From Octopus sinensis (Eukaryota): DNA of 51,224 bases. Every line of letters starts with the position of its first letter. Position 1 is the stretch's first letter. Shown here piece after piece: positions 12,191-24,190 of this stretch. The notes below the pieces were generated by a model that was not told where the DNA came from, did no database searches, and worked only from the letters and a program-made list of their open reading frames with translations. The stretch covers positions 1-51,224 of the forward strand of contig NW_021834158.1 of the NCBI RefSeq assembly GCF_006345805.1, read 5' to 3'. A program made the translations under genes and the position numbers.

Positions 12191-15100
12191 ATTGTCATTT
12201 ACTTTTAATCTGCATGTTTGATGCAATCACTTGCCGGGGCACACCCAGCGCCCTAGGGCAAGTGAAGGTTAAGAGTTGTTGAAATATAGCTGAAAGCTTG
12301 GGGAGGAGAAGTAGAGATATATCTCCATGTAATACAAACACAAACATTTACATTGATAGGGTTTTTCTAAGGATGTGGGCAGTGCTTGTTAGCACAATCT
12401 TTTGGATTTCCTTGAGACATGGTTTTCCAGGGATATTGTCTAGGTGTTTCTGACATCCCTTTTTTATCATACCTAGGGCACCTACAATAACAGGAACAGT
12501 TTTTGTTTTAAGATTCCACATCCTCTGTATTTCGATTTCCAGGTCCTTATATTTACTAAGTTTGTCAAATTCCTTGACAGATACATTTTTATCAGTGGGG
12601 ACGCTTACTTCTATTAGTCTGCAGGTATTTTCTTCCCTGTCTTTAACAATTATGTCTGGTCGATTAGCCTTGATCGTTCTGTCAGTGTTGACTGGAAAAT
12701 CCCAGAGGATGGTGACATCTTTACCTTCAACAACTGGCTGAGGATGGTGTTCATACCAGTTAGCAGGAGTGTCGGATTTGTAGTGTTTACATATCTTCCA
12801 ATGTATATACTGTCCTACCCTATCGTGGCGATTTTTGTATTCGTTTGGTGTCAGCACAGGACATCCCGAAACGAGATGGTCTATTGTTTCGTCAAATGTG
12901 TCGCAGAATCTGCATTTAGGGTCAGTACCGTTTCGGAGAACGTTAGCCTGGTAATTTCTGGTAAACAAGCTTTGATCTTGTGCTGCCATTATGAAGCCTT
13001 CAGTCTCTGCTTTCAATCCAGAACTCTTCAGCCACTGATGGGTTGTTGCTTGGTCTACATCAGCATTTTGGCTTCGGAGAATATATTGTCCATGCAGGGG
13101 CTTCTGGCTCCACCGCCTCTCAATTTGATTCTGCCCGTTCTTTTTTGCAGTCTGCTTGATTCGCTTTGCTTGCTTGGTAGCAGTGGTTTCCGGCTCTTCA
13201 TCTGATTCAAGGTTAATGTCTAGTTCCCTTTCGAACTTATAAGCTTCCTTGACAATAGAATGCAGCTTTTTGCTGCTTTCGTGTTCGCACACAAGTCGCA
13301 GCATCCAGTCCTTTGTACTAGATAGGTACCTGTTCATTCCTACAGTAGAGGTCTTATAGCACAGCTCTAATTGCATCATTCCTCTCCCCCCGCTGCTTCT
13401 AGGTAGGTACAAGCGGTCTACATCTGCCTTAGGGTGGTGCATGCTCCTGGATGTCAGTAACTTTCTTGTCTTCCTGTCCAAGCGTTGGAGTTCCGTAAGG
13501 TTCCAGTTAATGATGTTAAAACTGTACTGGACTACTGGAAGTGCCAGGGTGTTAATGGCCTCAATGCAATTTTTGGAGTTGAGTTCAGTCTTCAGTACAA
13601 GCCTTATTCTCCTATAGTATTCCTTTCTTATTTTTTCCTTCATAGTAGCATGATGTATACCATCTCCTTCGTTGATTCCTAGGTATTTGTAACTTTCTTG
13701 TGGGTCAAGTTCCTTGATGGTAGTGTCAATATCTAATTTAACAGAAGCTGTTTGCCTGAGCTTGCCTCTTACAAAAGTTGCTTTAGCACACTTATCAAGG
13801 CCAAAATCCATTCCGATATCATTGCTAAACTCTTTAACAGTTGTTAGCAGCCCTTCTAGCTCTTGGTCATTCCTGGCAAACAGCTTTAGGTCGTCCATAT
13901 AGAAAAGGTGGTTTATTAACTTACTAAAAACTTTGTACCCATATCTGGTACTATCCAATTCGTTTGAGAGTGGGATCAGTGCCATGCAAAAAAGTAATGG
14001 AGAGAGGGAGTCACCTTGAAAGATGCCTCGTTTGATGTTGATGCTGTTGGACTGGCTCATCCCATTACTATGGCTTAGAAAGAGACGTGTGTTCCACATG
14101 GTCATGCTATTCTCTAAGAATTTTGAGACGACAGGAGAGATCTTGTATATCTCAAGGGCCTTGAGTATCCATTTATGTGGGACACTGTCATACGCTTTCC
14201 TGTAGTCTATCCATGCCATACTCAGGTTTTTGTTTTTGCTCCGGCAATTCTCTACAATCATTCTGTTTATGAGCAATTGGTCTTTGCACCCATAAGAGTT
14301 TCTTTTACAACCTTTTTGAGCTTGTGGAAGGATAGAATTTTGTTCAAGGAAAGCGTACATTCTCTCCGTTATTATGGATGTGAGGATTTTGTAGGTGGTG
14401 TTGAGACATGTTATTGGCCGGTAATTCTTTGGGTTTTTTGTGTCTTCGGTTTTAGGTAATAGGTAGGTGGTTCCTTCAGTCAGCCAAGCAGGTATTTGCT
14501 CTGGGTTCTGAATGACATCAGACAGAGATGCAGCGAGATGTTCGTGTACCTCTGTCAAACAATTCAGCCAGAAGTTAGGGATCCGATCCAGTCCTGGGGT
14601 TTTCCATTTATGAGCCTTCCTAAGGACACACCTTAGCTCCTCTATTCCTATTGCTTCCCATTTCTGTTCTTCAAGTTCATCCAGTCTCTCTTTCTCACGT
14701 TCTATCCAGTCAGCCTCAGCATTAAACTCTTTTTCGTTGCTCCATACCTTCTTCCAGAACTCCTCCACTTCCTCAATCTTAGGTGGATCTTCTATGTGTA
14801 TTTTATTTTTGCCAATTTCCCTATAAAATTTCTTTGCATCTGTCTTAAAAAATTTATTTTGTCGATAAAATTTGTTTCTTTTGTCATACCTTCTAAGCCG
14901 TTGAGCTTTCAACTGTATCCGTTGTTTCAACAGTTCCTTAGTTGCAGGGAGGTTTATGAGATCTTTGATTTTATATTTTTGCTTGATTTTTCTAGCTTTT
15001 CTCGGCTTAATATTCACTCCTCTAGCAAGCTCATCGAGAACTGAAACATCCGCCCGCAGAGATTCAATCTCTTTTTGTATCGCTACTTTCCACTTAGGAG

Positions 15101-16741
15101 GTTCATTGACATGCCTGGCCTTTTTCTTTGTCATCTTAATACCTAGTTGGGTAGTTACTACTTTAGCAGTGGAATAAATGAGATTATTTAAGGTTGTCAA
15201 ATCATTCCCCTTATTTCTTAAGATCTGTCCTAGGGCAACGTTATATGTCATGATTGTGTTGTTATTTCTTGTGCCATTTGAAAACTTTGGTAGTGGTTCT
15301 CTATTAACCATGTCAGTGAGCTCAATCTTGCCGAGTTCTCTCATAATGTCCACTTTTGCTTCCATAATCTTTTCTCTATTATTCACCTCAAATTCTATGT
15401 CATATCTATTTTGGTTTTCTTGAGGAAGGTCTACGTTCTCCTCTTTTTTCAAATCTCTCGTCTTCGCTATTCTTTGTTTAACTTCCCCATTGGGAAGTTG
15501 ATTTGCCGCTTGTACACTGGCTTCTGTGCTACTGTTACCTATTTCGTCTACATTGTTGCTGTTTTCTTTTGGTCTACCATGAGCTATTAGTGTCCTAATT
15601 TTGTCAATTTCAGCGTCAGTTAGTCTTTTTTTTTTAATTATATCTCTGCGTACATTACTTAATTTATTTGCGTCTATATATCTACGTACGTCATTGCCTA
15701 CTGAATTTCTCCATGAGATGTATGTTTGTACACTGAGGTTATTGTTTGGGTTTAGTTGGGCTGTATAAAAAGCTTTCAACACATCTCTATAGTCCTCTCT
15801 GGTCCATTTTATACGTTTTGCTTTAGGTGGTGTTTTTGGTGGTGTCACTACAAGTCCAGAGTTAGAAGTATTCTGGTTCTGGTCACCTGGTAGATCGTCT
15901 TTTTGAGAGTTTGTTCCAGCAGCAAACTTTTCGACCCCAGTCTGGTTCCCTACTGGGTAACGCGGTCCTTGTTGTCCCGGGCGATGACCGATCCGGCATG
16001 ATTTTTGGCTTGTTTTCATTAAATGATTGACGGCGACATCAGAGGGGTCCATTTTTTCAGAGTCAACTTTTGACAAGACGCCGCTTCTTTGACGGTGACA
16101 GGGTCATTTTTTGACAAAACACCGCTTCTGAATTCTCCGAATTAATATATTGTTCATATCGAACTCGCATAAGACTTACAGATCGAAATTCGCCTCTATT
16201 TCTTTTGGTAGTCATGTTTCCGGGCATAACTGTGTAGTGACTTTCTAAATTCAGTGACCAATTTTCTCTTTTTTGCGTTTGTTCGTGAAAAATCGCTTTG
16301 TTTTTGTTTTGTTTTCGTCCGCGTAACGTGGTTTTTCTTTCTGTGTGTACGTGTGAGCGCGTGTATGCATTATTTATGCTTTATAATTAAAATGTGTACA
16401 TGTATGCACAAACAGTTGCATGTACACTTTATAATTAAAATGTGTACGTGTATGCATAAACAGTTGCATGTATACTTATTTAATTAATTAATTAATTAAT
16501 CAATTTATGTACTTACTGTCTTTCAAGAGCTCTGATGTTCGCTTCTATTTCTTATGCATGTCACATGGAAATATTATGCATAAAAGAAAGAAAACCATAC
16601 TATATATGGCAATAATAGTTCGGACTTTTTAGTTACTTTGCCTTAAAAGAACATTTGGAAAAGATATTTTGTGGAACCTTTCTTCCATTGTAACGATGTT
16701 GTTGGATTAAATTCGTTTTTTGGAGAGAGGCTCCCAGGGAA

Positions 16742-16743
<2 letters not shown>
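12191..16743 (-). mobile_element. Full-length R4/Dong-clade non-LTR retrotransposon inserted in (TAA)n
   Basis: Single RT-RLE ORF, ~690-nt 5'UTR, ~160-nt 3'UTR; (TAA)n arrays on both sides (12021-12190, 16744-16811), the known Dong target. Confidence 0.88.
12348..16052 (-). CDS. Reverse transcriptase / restriction-like endonuclease polyprotein of an R4/Dong element (1234 aa from the first ATG; frame open past the TTG at 16076)
   Basis: RT motifs KNYRPITCL, WIDYRKAYDSVPH, GIFQGDSLSPLLF, LFYMDDLKL, YKYLG; CCHC CRFC-x8-H-x4-C; RHD; RLE RPD...IEVSVP...K..KY; N-terminal KRIKWT; no stops or frameshifts. Confidence 0.95.
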   Translation of the reverse strand: MDPSDVAVNHLMKTSQKSCRIGHRPGQQGPRYPVGNQTGVEKFAAGTNSQKDDLPGDQNQNTSNSGLVVTPPKTPPKAKRIKWTREDYRDVLKAFYTAQLNPNNNLSVQTYISWRNSVGNDVRRYIDANKLSNVRRDIIKKKRLTDAEIDKIRTLIAHGRPKENSNNVDEIGNSSTEASVQAANQLPNGEVKQRIAKTRDLKKEENVDLPQENQNRYDIEFEVNNREKIMEAKVDIMRELGKIELTDMVNREPLPKFSNGTRNNNTIMTYNVALGQILRNKGNDLTTLNNLIYSTAKVVTTQLGIKMTKKKARHVNEPPKWKVAIQKEIESLRADVSVLDELARGVNIKPRKARKIKQKYKIKDLINLPATKELLKQRIQLKAQRLRRYDKRNKFYRQNKFFKTDAKKFYREIGKNKIHIEDPPKIEEVEEFWKKVWSNEKEFNAEADWIEREKERLDELEEQKWEAIGIEELRCVLRKAHKWKTPGLDRIPNFWLNCLTEVHEHLAASLSDVIQNPEQIPAWLTEGTTYLLPKTEDTKNPKNYRPITCLNTTYKILTSIITERMYAFLEQNSILPQAQKGCKRNSYGCKDQLLINRMIVENCRSKNKNLSMAWIDYRKAYDSVPHKWILKALEIYKISPVVSKFLENSMTMWNTRLFLSHSNGMSQSNSINIKRGIFQGDSLSPLLFCMALIPLSNELDSTRYGYKVFSKLINHLFYMDDLKLFARNDQELEGLLTTVKEFSNDIGMDFGLDKCAKATFVRGKLRQTASVKLDIDTTIKELDPQESYKYLGINEGDGIHHATMKEKIRKEYYRRIRLVLKTELNSKNCIEAINTLALPVVQYSFNIINWNLTELQRLDRKTRKLLTSRSMHHPKADVDRLYLPRSSGGRGMMQLELCYKTSTVGMNRYLSSTKDWMLRLVCEHESSKKLHSIVKEAYKFERELDINLESDEEPETTATKQAKRIKQTAKKNGQNQIERRWSQKPLHGQYILRSQNADVDQATTHQWLKSSGLKAETEGFIMAAQDQSLFTRNYQANVLRNGTDPKCRFCDTFDETIDHLVSGCPVLTPNEYKNRHDRVGQYIHWKICKHYKSDTPANWYEHHPQPVVEGKDVTILWDFPVNTDRTIKANRPDIIVKDREENTCRLIEVSVPTDKNVSVKEFDKLSKYKDLEIEIQRMWNLKTKTVPVIVGALGMIKKGCQKHLDNIPGKPCLKEIQKIVLTSTAHILRKTLSM

Positions 16744-16811
<68 letters not shown>
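16744..16811. repeat. (TAA)n/(TTA)n microsatellite
   Basis: Perfect tta array at the 5' junction of the Dong element. Confidence 0.95.
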
Positions 16812-16986
16812 TCTCCCCTTTACAACTGGTTTGTAGATATCCGATTTAATTTTTCCCGATTACCTCATTTGTTTTTCCTTATTGAATAATTTTAATTAGG
16901 AAACCCTAATCTGGAAATCTAAGTTTTAAAACTTTGATAAAACTTCAATAAAACTCCGAATCGATAGATGAATCTTCTATTCAGAA

Positions 16987-17310
16987 AATCCCAAGCTTAT
17001 AATCTCAACCTTATCCCAGCCATATAATCTCAGCCTATAACCCCAACCTTAAAACCCCATTCTTGTAATCTCAATCTTGTAATCCCAATTTTGTAATCTC
17101 AATCTTATAATCCCAAACCTATAATCCAAACCTTAAAATCTCAACCTTATAATCCTAACCTTATAATCCCACCTTAAACTCTAATCTTATAACTCCAACC
17201 TTATAATCCTTTATTAAAATTCTAATCTTATAACCCCAGTACTATAACCCTAACCTTAAATCCTCACCCTGTAACCCCATCCTTAATATTCTACCCCTAA
17301 AAAACCTATG
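16987..17310. repeat. Degenerate ~14-bp minisatellite (CTTATAATCCCAAC)
   Basis: About 20 diverged units such as cttataatcccaac, cttgtaatctcaat, cttataatcctaac. Confidence 0.85.
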
Positions 17311-17393
17311 GCAAACTCTCAATTTTAAATTCCCAATGTTACAATTCCAATCATAGCTGGCTGTGTACGGATTTGACCTTGTTTGTACATGTA

Positions 17394-17775
17394 CAGGGAT
17401 ACTTCGCAATACGAGTTTAATTCGTTCCATGACCGAGCTCGTACTATAATTTACTCGTTTTACAAATCATTGAAATTAATTAAAATATAATTAATCCGTT
17501 CCAGCCCCCCCCCCCCAAATCACTCAAAAATAATTTTTAATGGGTTTTAAAACAGAAAAGGTGTAGTTACAAGTAAAATGACAATTATAAAGAAAAGCGA
17601 ATGCAAAAGAAATATGTAAACTGGTTTTATTAACAGAATTACCTGAAAGATGGGACGCTTTGTGTGCTCGTGCTGCGGATTTTCGCTCGTACTTAGAGAC
17701 AAAAATTCAGACGAGTCTCGGCTCGTACAGCAAATTACTCGTACAACGAGGCACTCGTACGGCGAGGTTCTACTG
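17394..17775. mobile_element. Tigger/pogo-like MITE
   Basis: Imperfect TIRs cagggatacttcgcaatacgagt / actcgtacggcgaggttctactg, TA on both sides, subterminal ctcgta repeats. Confidence 0.65.
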
Positions 17776-19056
17776 TATTAGAATAACAAAGAAGACACAG
17801 AAATCTCCTTTGTCTCTATTGCGATTAACATGACATGGCATTTAGATCTTCACATCATTATCTTTTTTTTTTTCCCCTAAACAGTCTTCAATAGAAACAT
17901 TTCTATAATCAAGTTGCAGACAACATCACCAACAAGAATACTTCGGAAACGTAAATCTAATTTCTCTTCCATTCTTCGTCTCATTTCACTTCATTTAGTG
18001 TTATATCTTTAACACTGCTTCAACACCTTCAGCTTATAATGTTTGACTTTATAATAAAGTAACTTCAGCGTGAACAATCATCGAACGTCGAGCTTTATAG
18101 AAGACAGAAAAAGAAGAAAAGAAAAAAAAAATACACACACAGATGTACACAAAGGAAGTTATTCTGACACACTTGGCTACGAGAAATGTATTTGAGATTC
18201 TCTATAAATTTACCATATATTATCTTCGCATCTCTTTGGCATTTTGCTTGATATTATTAAATATTCTTTTTAGTGACTTTCACAGAAAAAAAAAAACGAA
18301 AGCAACTCACTAACAGAGAAGAATAATTTGTTTAAAAGAGAATTTAAAAACTACAGATATTAACCCATTTTCCAGCAAAAAGAAAAAGAAAAAGAAAGAA
18401 AAAAAGCTACCGTTTCAACCTCAGGTATGCAACTCGTTTCTGGCATAGTATAGCATCTTGGAGAATTTGATGAGTCTGTCGTTAAAAATCTGCGATATCT
18501 TTTACTTAGAAATAGATTAAAATCAATTAGTACGGGGAGTTGATGTCGCTTTCAGCTACAACAATGCTATGTCTATCAAGATATGACAAACTGTGATACA
18601 ACGCAAACACAAGAACATTACACTGTTAGAATTGCCGTGTTACAAATTATACATAATTCTTGATGTTGGTTCAGTTAATTGCTGAAATTGTAATAGTATT
18701 AATCTTTTGTTTGTATTATTTCTTCCTTCATTAACTCATTGCATAATTATTTCTTGCTAGTTTTTTCAATGCTTCCTGCGTTTTATATATTAACATCAGT
18801 TCTACTAATGTTTTTTTAAAAGAACATCGTGTGTCTCGGTTATTCTCCTAATGTAGCTTTCCTACGCCAACCCGTGTACAATCTTATGCACTTGGTGATT
18901 CCTTAATCACTAATTCGGTTCGTACGTTGAAGTCTTTGCTGTGCTAATGACGCCATAAGAAGATGGAAACGACCCTGTCGTTATTAACTATACTTATCGG
19001 AATATTTAAAATAATCATCACTTATTGACTTATGTTTGATCATCAGCACATTGATA

Positions 19057-19234
19057 TTTTACTCTTTACTCTTTTACTCTTTTCTTTCAGTCATTTGGCT
19101 GCGGCCATGCTGGAGCAACTTATAGTCGAGCAAATCGATCCCAGAGCTTATTCTTTGTAAGTTTGTACTTATTCTATCGGTCTCATTTGCCGAGCCGCCA
19201 GGTTACGGGGACGCAAACAGACACACACACACAA

Positions 19235-19284
<50 letters not shown>

Positions 19285-19455
19285 GTATACACGACGGGCT
19301 TCTTCCAGTTTCCGTCTCCCAAATCCACTCACAAGGCTTTAGTCGGCCCGAGACTATAGTAGAAGACACTTGCCCAAGGTGCCACGCAGTGGGACTGAAC
19401 CCGGGACCATGTGGCTGGTAAGCAAGCTACTTACCACACAGCTACTTCTGCGCCT
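19057..19455 (-). mobile_element. SINE family A
   Basis: Head, internal (CA)n and tail as in other copies, with a small deletion. Confidence 0.9.
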
Positions 19456-19849
19456 GTATCTCTTATTTTCACATTGATAGTCTTTTTTATTTTCGATACA
19501 CTGCATATATTGTGTTAATGGTGACTGTATGGCAAAGATTGGAAGGGGCAAAGGCGACATGAAATTATGGGCGACAAACTAAAGAAATAAAAATATCCAT
19601 TCAAAATAATATTGATTATTGAGCTCCTCACCAAACGAGGCAAAATTATTATTTCACAGAGGTGACCTTCAATATTATAATTTCCTTTCCTGTTTTTCTT
19701 TTTTTCTTTTCTTCATCTTTCCTGCTGGTTTCTATTATTATTCTGACCTCGAGGCTGAGTCCTCGTCAGATATTTACGTCATTGACGTAAGAAAAGTTGA
19801 AAAGTTGAAAAGTTCTTGGTTGGTCTTAATTGTGTTTCGTTACATCATA

Positions 19850-20180
19850 GGAGACCCCCTTCGGTCATGAAGGACCATGGGATTGCACCTAGAAAGTTAC
19901 CCTCCGAGGCACAAGTCCGGGCAAGGTTGCTTGCGGAAGGCCAGCAGCCGACCATGCATACCAGCATCCCCTTTCCACACCACTGATGTTATTCAAGGGA
20001 TAAGACAAAGGGGCCGATACAGCTTGGCACCAGTGATGTCGCAACTCATTTCTACAGTTGAGTGAACTGAAGCAACGTGAAATAAAGTGTCTTGCTCAAG
20101 AACACAACACACAACCCGGTCCAGGAATCGAACTCACAACTTCACGATCGTAAGCTCGACGCTCTAACCACTGGGCCATG
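19850..20180 (-). mobile_element. tRNA-derived SINE family C with 12-bp TSD
   Basis: Matches 43937-44270; TSD cgttacatcata at 19838-19849 and 20181-20192. Confidence 0.9.
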
Positions 20181-21221
20181 CGTTACATCATAAAACTTGC
20201 AATGAACACCCATTTCTTCCTTCACTATCAGATAATAACCTCCGCTCCCCCCGTTACCATTTCTGGAATTCTTTTGCTGTCCAAGTTTTTTTTTCTTTTT
20301 CTTTTCACCAGATTTCAGAAAATTCAACCATCGCTGACCCATTCCAAACTCTCTGGACTTAGGAATTGTGACTACTTTTGTTTTTGCTGTAAATATTGTC
20401 ACTGCTGCTGCTGCTGCTGTTGTTGTTGTTTAGCCACGAGTCAACCCTGATCAGGCAGTCCTATAATTTAATGGATTCCAAACAGAATTGTACCATTTTT
20501 ATCAAATGTTGTGGAATTCTTTCAATATCTTCTGCAATTAGTTTTCTTCTTTTAAAAGATGGTCGTTGCCCCTTTTCATCGTTGCTCGACGATATTGAAG
20601 GGACAGTAACTTAACCACATCTGCTGCGCCTGGGCTGTTTCCGGAAGCAAGTGTTTAACCCCTGGTACACTCACCACCTCTCCACTCATGGACGCCACGA
20701 AAGAAACACAAGTCAGTAAGTTTGGAGTATCCATGGAACAGCTTAAGATGCGAGACACTGGTTGAGTATAACCGTACATATTTTCTCTCTGGATATTTTG
20801 TACAGATTTACTCTATTAGCCTTTTTAAAAGTTCAAGAAATTAACCCCACAAGGCAGCAAGGATTTTATTATATTGTGCCTGGTTCGTGCCGAGCCAATT
20901 CCATTCTCACATCCTTCAAATTTGTATTCGTTTGGTGCAACAAATGCCACAAACCCAATAGCTATCAGTACGTAGGATTTGCATGGAGTTATCTTCTCTT
21001 AGATGAGCAGCTAAAGAGCTGAAGGGCCACATCTACCCTGGGCCTGTTGGGGTGTCTAAGAATGACCTTCATATAGAGGAAATTGTGTGACGTGCTAATT
21101 AACAGGTAGATGTAGTTTAACAGGTGTTACTATTCCGGGTCAGAATATCCCGGGAAACAATAGCGACTACGAGGTAATTCCGCATTCTTCAAAACCCTGC
21201 AACCTCCGAACCATCGAACCC

Positions 21222-21591
21222 TACTCTCTTTCTCTCTTTTACTTGTTTCAGATCGACCCCGGGACTTATTCTTTGTAAGCCCAGTACTTATTCTATCAGT
21301 CTCTTTTGCCGAACCGCTAAGTGACGGGGACATAAACACACCAGCATCGGTTGTCAAGCAATGCTAGGGGGACAAACACAGACACACAAACATATACACA
21401 CACTTAATATATAAATATACATATATACGACAGGCTTCTTTCAGTTTCCGTCTACCAAATCCACTCACAAGGCATTGGTCGGTCCGGGTCTATAGCATAA
21501 GACACTTGTCCAAGGTGCCACGCAGTGGGACTGAACCCTGAACCATGTGGCTGGTTAGCAAGCTACTTACAACACAGCCACTCCTGCGCCT
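21222..21591 (-). mobile_element. SINE family A
   Basis: Full head; deletion in the 3' tail region. Confidence 0.88.
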
Positions 21592-21864
21592 ACTGGTGGT
21601 TATAATCGAAAGTCTTACTCATGACTAAAGACAGCAGCGTGATTAAAGAGACATTTGGTTGTTATGTCTAGCGCGTCAAGGGACCACATAGAGGTTCCTC
21701 GACCGGGTTGGATGCATTGCTTTCTCCATTTCTAAATAACTAAAACGAATTCTAGAACGAATTACCGTCAGCGCCGTTGCCATCTGCAACAACACCTCCA
21801 ACACAATGACCTGTACCGCCAACACCACGCTACTACGGCCAATACCGCTAGCACTGCCATCACA

Positions 21865-22038
21865 AGGACTACCACCACCACTACCACCGCCACCAACAAC
21901 AACAACAACACCACAGTACCACTACCACTACCACCACTATCATCATCATCATCAACGCTACCACCACCGCCGCCGCCATCATCACCGTCACCATCATTAT
22001 CATGACCCATCCTCCTCCTCCTCCTCCTCCTCCTCCTC

Positions 22039-22078
<40 letters not shown>
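21865..22078. repeat. Compound trinucleotide microsatellite (CAC/CAA/CAT/CCT/TAC)
   Basis: Direct inspection. Confidence 0.9.
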
Positions 22079-22180
22079 GGAACTAATTTAATTTGAACTC
22101 AACAAGCTTCTGTAGATAACAAATGATGTGTACAGGCATTGCTCTATGTGTGTGTGTGTGTGTGCGTATGTGAATGTGCA

Positions 22181-22219
<39 letters not shown>

Positions 22220-22448
22220 GCCCGTTGTTGTTACCTCTTCAGCTGCTGCTTCTGTTCCTCTCCAACCGTCGCTTCGGCTGCTCCGATGCGTCCGTCTTCT
22301 GCGTCCTCCACGCCACGACAGACATGTTGGCACCACGACGCCACTAAAAGACTCCCATTTACAACAATTCCTTCATTCATCGACACACTGACAGACTTTC
22401 GAAAGCCGAAAGAAAACATCATTGGCTTAGATAGACGTAGACATAAAC

Positions 22449-22890
22449 ATGTGTGTGTGTGTGTGTGCTATATGTAAGTACATTATGCGACAATGTATAT
22501 CTATGTGTATCATGAATATATTGGCTGTATGTATATGTTTGTGTGTATATATGTATGTAAGTGTGTGTATGTATATGTATATGTATGTGTGTGTATGTAT
22601 GCGTGTATGTAGCAGAGTGTATGTATGTATATACGTGTGTGTGTGTAAAGTGTATGTATATATGCATGTGTGTATGCATGTATCTATGTATGTGTGTATG
22701 TATGCAGGTGTGTATGCATGCATGTATATATTTGTGTGTATGAACATTTGTGTGCATGTATGTAAGTGTGAATTTGTGTGTGTACGTATGTGTGTATGTA
22801 TGTGTGTGTATGTATGTATATATGTATGTGTGTGTATGTATGTGTGCATTTATGTCCGTGTGTATGAATGTATGTATGTGTGTGTGTGCG
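22449..22890. repeat. Complex (TG/TATG)n low-complexity tract
   Basis: Direct inspection. Confidence 0.9.
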
Positions 22891-23083
22891 TATTTCTTTG
22901 AGGTTTCCTTCGCCGACTTCACGCTGGTCAGTACTAACAGAGTAACAAGGCCCGTTTGTTAGACTCAGTGCAGTACCAGGGCTTCCTCAATACGCCATTC
23001 ACTTTCATATGGGCCCCTATCTTGCTGTATGTCTGCAGACGCACGTACTTCGCGAGTTTCTCAATGACAAAACCTTTATATAC

Positions 23084-23121
<38 letters not shown>

Positions 23122-23154
23122 CTCTGAGTGAGTGAGTGCGCGCGCGGTGTGTAT

Positions 23155-23582
23155 TCTCTCTTTTACTCTTTTACTTGTTTCAGACATTTGACTGCGGCCA
23201 TGCTGGAGCACCGCCTTTATAGTCGAGCAAACCGATCCCAGAGCTTATTGTTTATAAGCCTAGTACTTATTCTATTGTTCTCTTTTGCTGAACCGCTAAG
23301 TTACGGGGACGTAAACACACCCGCATCGGTTGTCAAGCGAAGCCGAGGGGGGGGGACAGACACAAAGCATATACACACAAACATACATACATTTATATAT
23401 ATACATATACATATATACGACGGGCTTCTTTTCAGTTTCCGTCTACCAAATCCACTCACAAGGCTCTGGTCGGCACAAGGCTATAGTAGAAGACACTTGC
23501 CCAAGATGCCACGCAGTGGGACTGAACCCGGAACCATGTGGTTCGTAAGCAAGCTACTTACCACACAGCCACTCCTGCACCT
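23155..23582 (-). mobile_element. SINE family A
   Basis: Full-length match to the family. Confidence 0.9.
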
Positions 23583-23891
23583 ATAATTTTGCCCACCATT
23601 ATATTCTGATTTCAAATTCCACCGAGGTTGACTTGAATTCTCATCTTTTCAGAGTCCCTCGAGTAGGTACCTGTTAAATACTGGTGTCGATGTAATGGAC
23701 ATTGCCCCTCTTCCAAAATTGCTTGCCTTGTACCAAAATGTGAAATCAATATTTTAAAGATCTTCACATTACAACCCGCTTATTGGATTCGGAAGCCGTG
23801 AAACAACGTGCTTATTTAATTCTTGTGAAAGTCCCGTATATCTCGGCCTTTAGGTTAATCTGTTACTACGAAAGCCCAGATCAAACATGGT

Positions 23892-24190
23892 TTGTTCTTT
23901 CTTGAGCCACGCCTGGCTCATAAGGGCCGGTTTCCCGGTTTCCTTGGCGTATAACTTTCCCACCTGGACGGAACGCCGGTCCGTTGCAGGTGAGCTGCAA
24001 GATGCAGGAGGAAAGAGTGAGAGAAGGTTGTGGCAAAAGAGTCAGCAGAAGTTCGCCATTAACTTCTGCCGGAGCCGCGTGGAGCTTAGGTGTTTCTCTC
24101 ATAAACACACACATCGCCCGGTCTGAGATTCGAACCCGCGATTCTTCGACCGCAAGTCCGCTACTCTAACCACTGGGCCATGTACCTCCA
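23892..24190 (-). mobile_element. tRNA-derived SINE (E-type head, distinct tail) with 15-bp TSD
   Basis: A box tggcccagtggttag, B box gggttcgaatctc; TSD cagatcaaacatggt at 23877-23891 and 24191-24205. Confidence 0.9.

Noticed and set aside
16640-16743. Possible HDV-like ribozyme at the Dong 5' end, as in R2-type elements
   Set aside because: The nested double pseudoknot could not be identified by eye.
16987-17310. Repeat array as CRISPR or true telomere
   Set aside because: No unique spacers, eukaryotic context, and the units are not (CCCTAA)n.
20620-21200. Unique-looking segment, possibly a very old LINE endonuclease remnant or exon
   Set aside because: No convincing motif in any frame.
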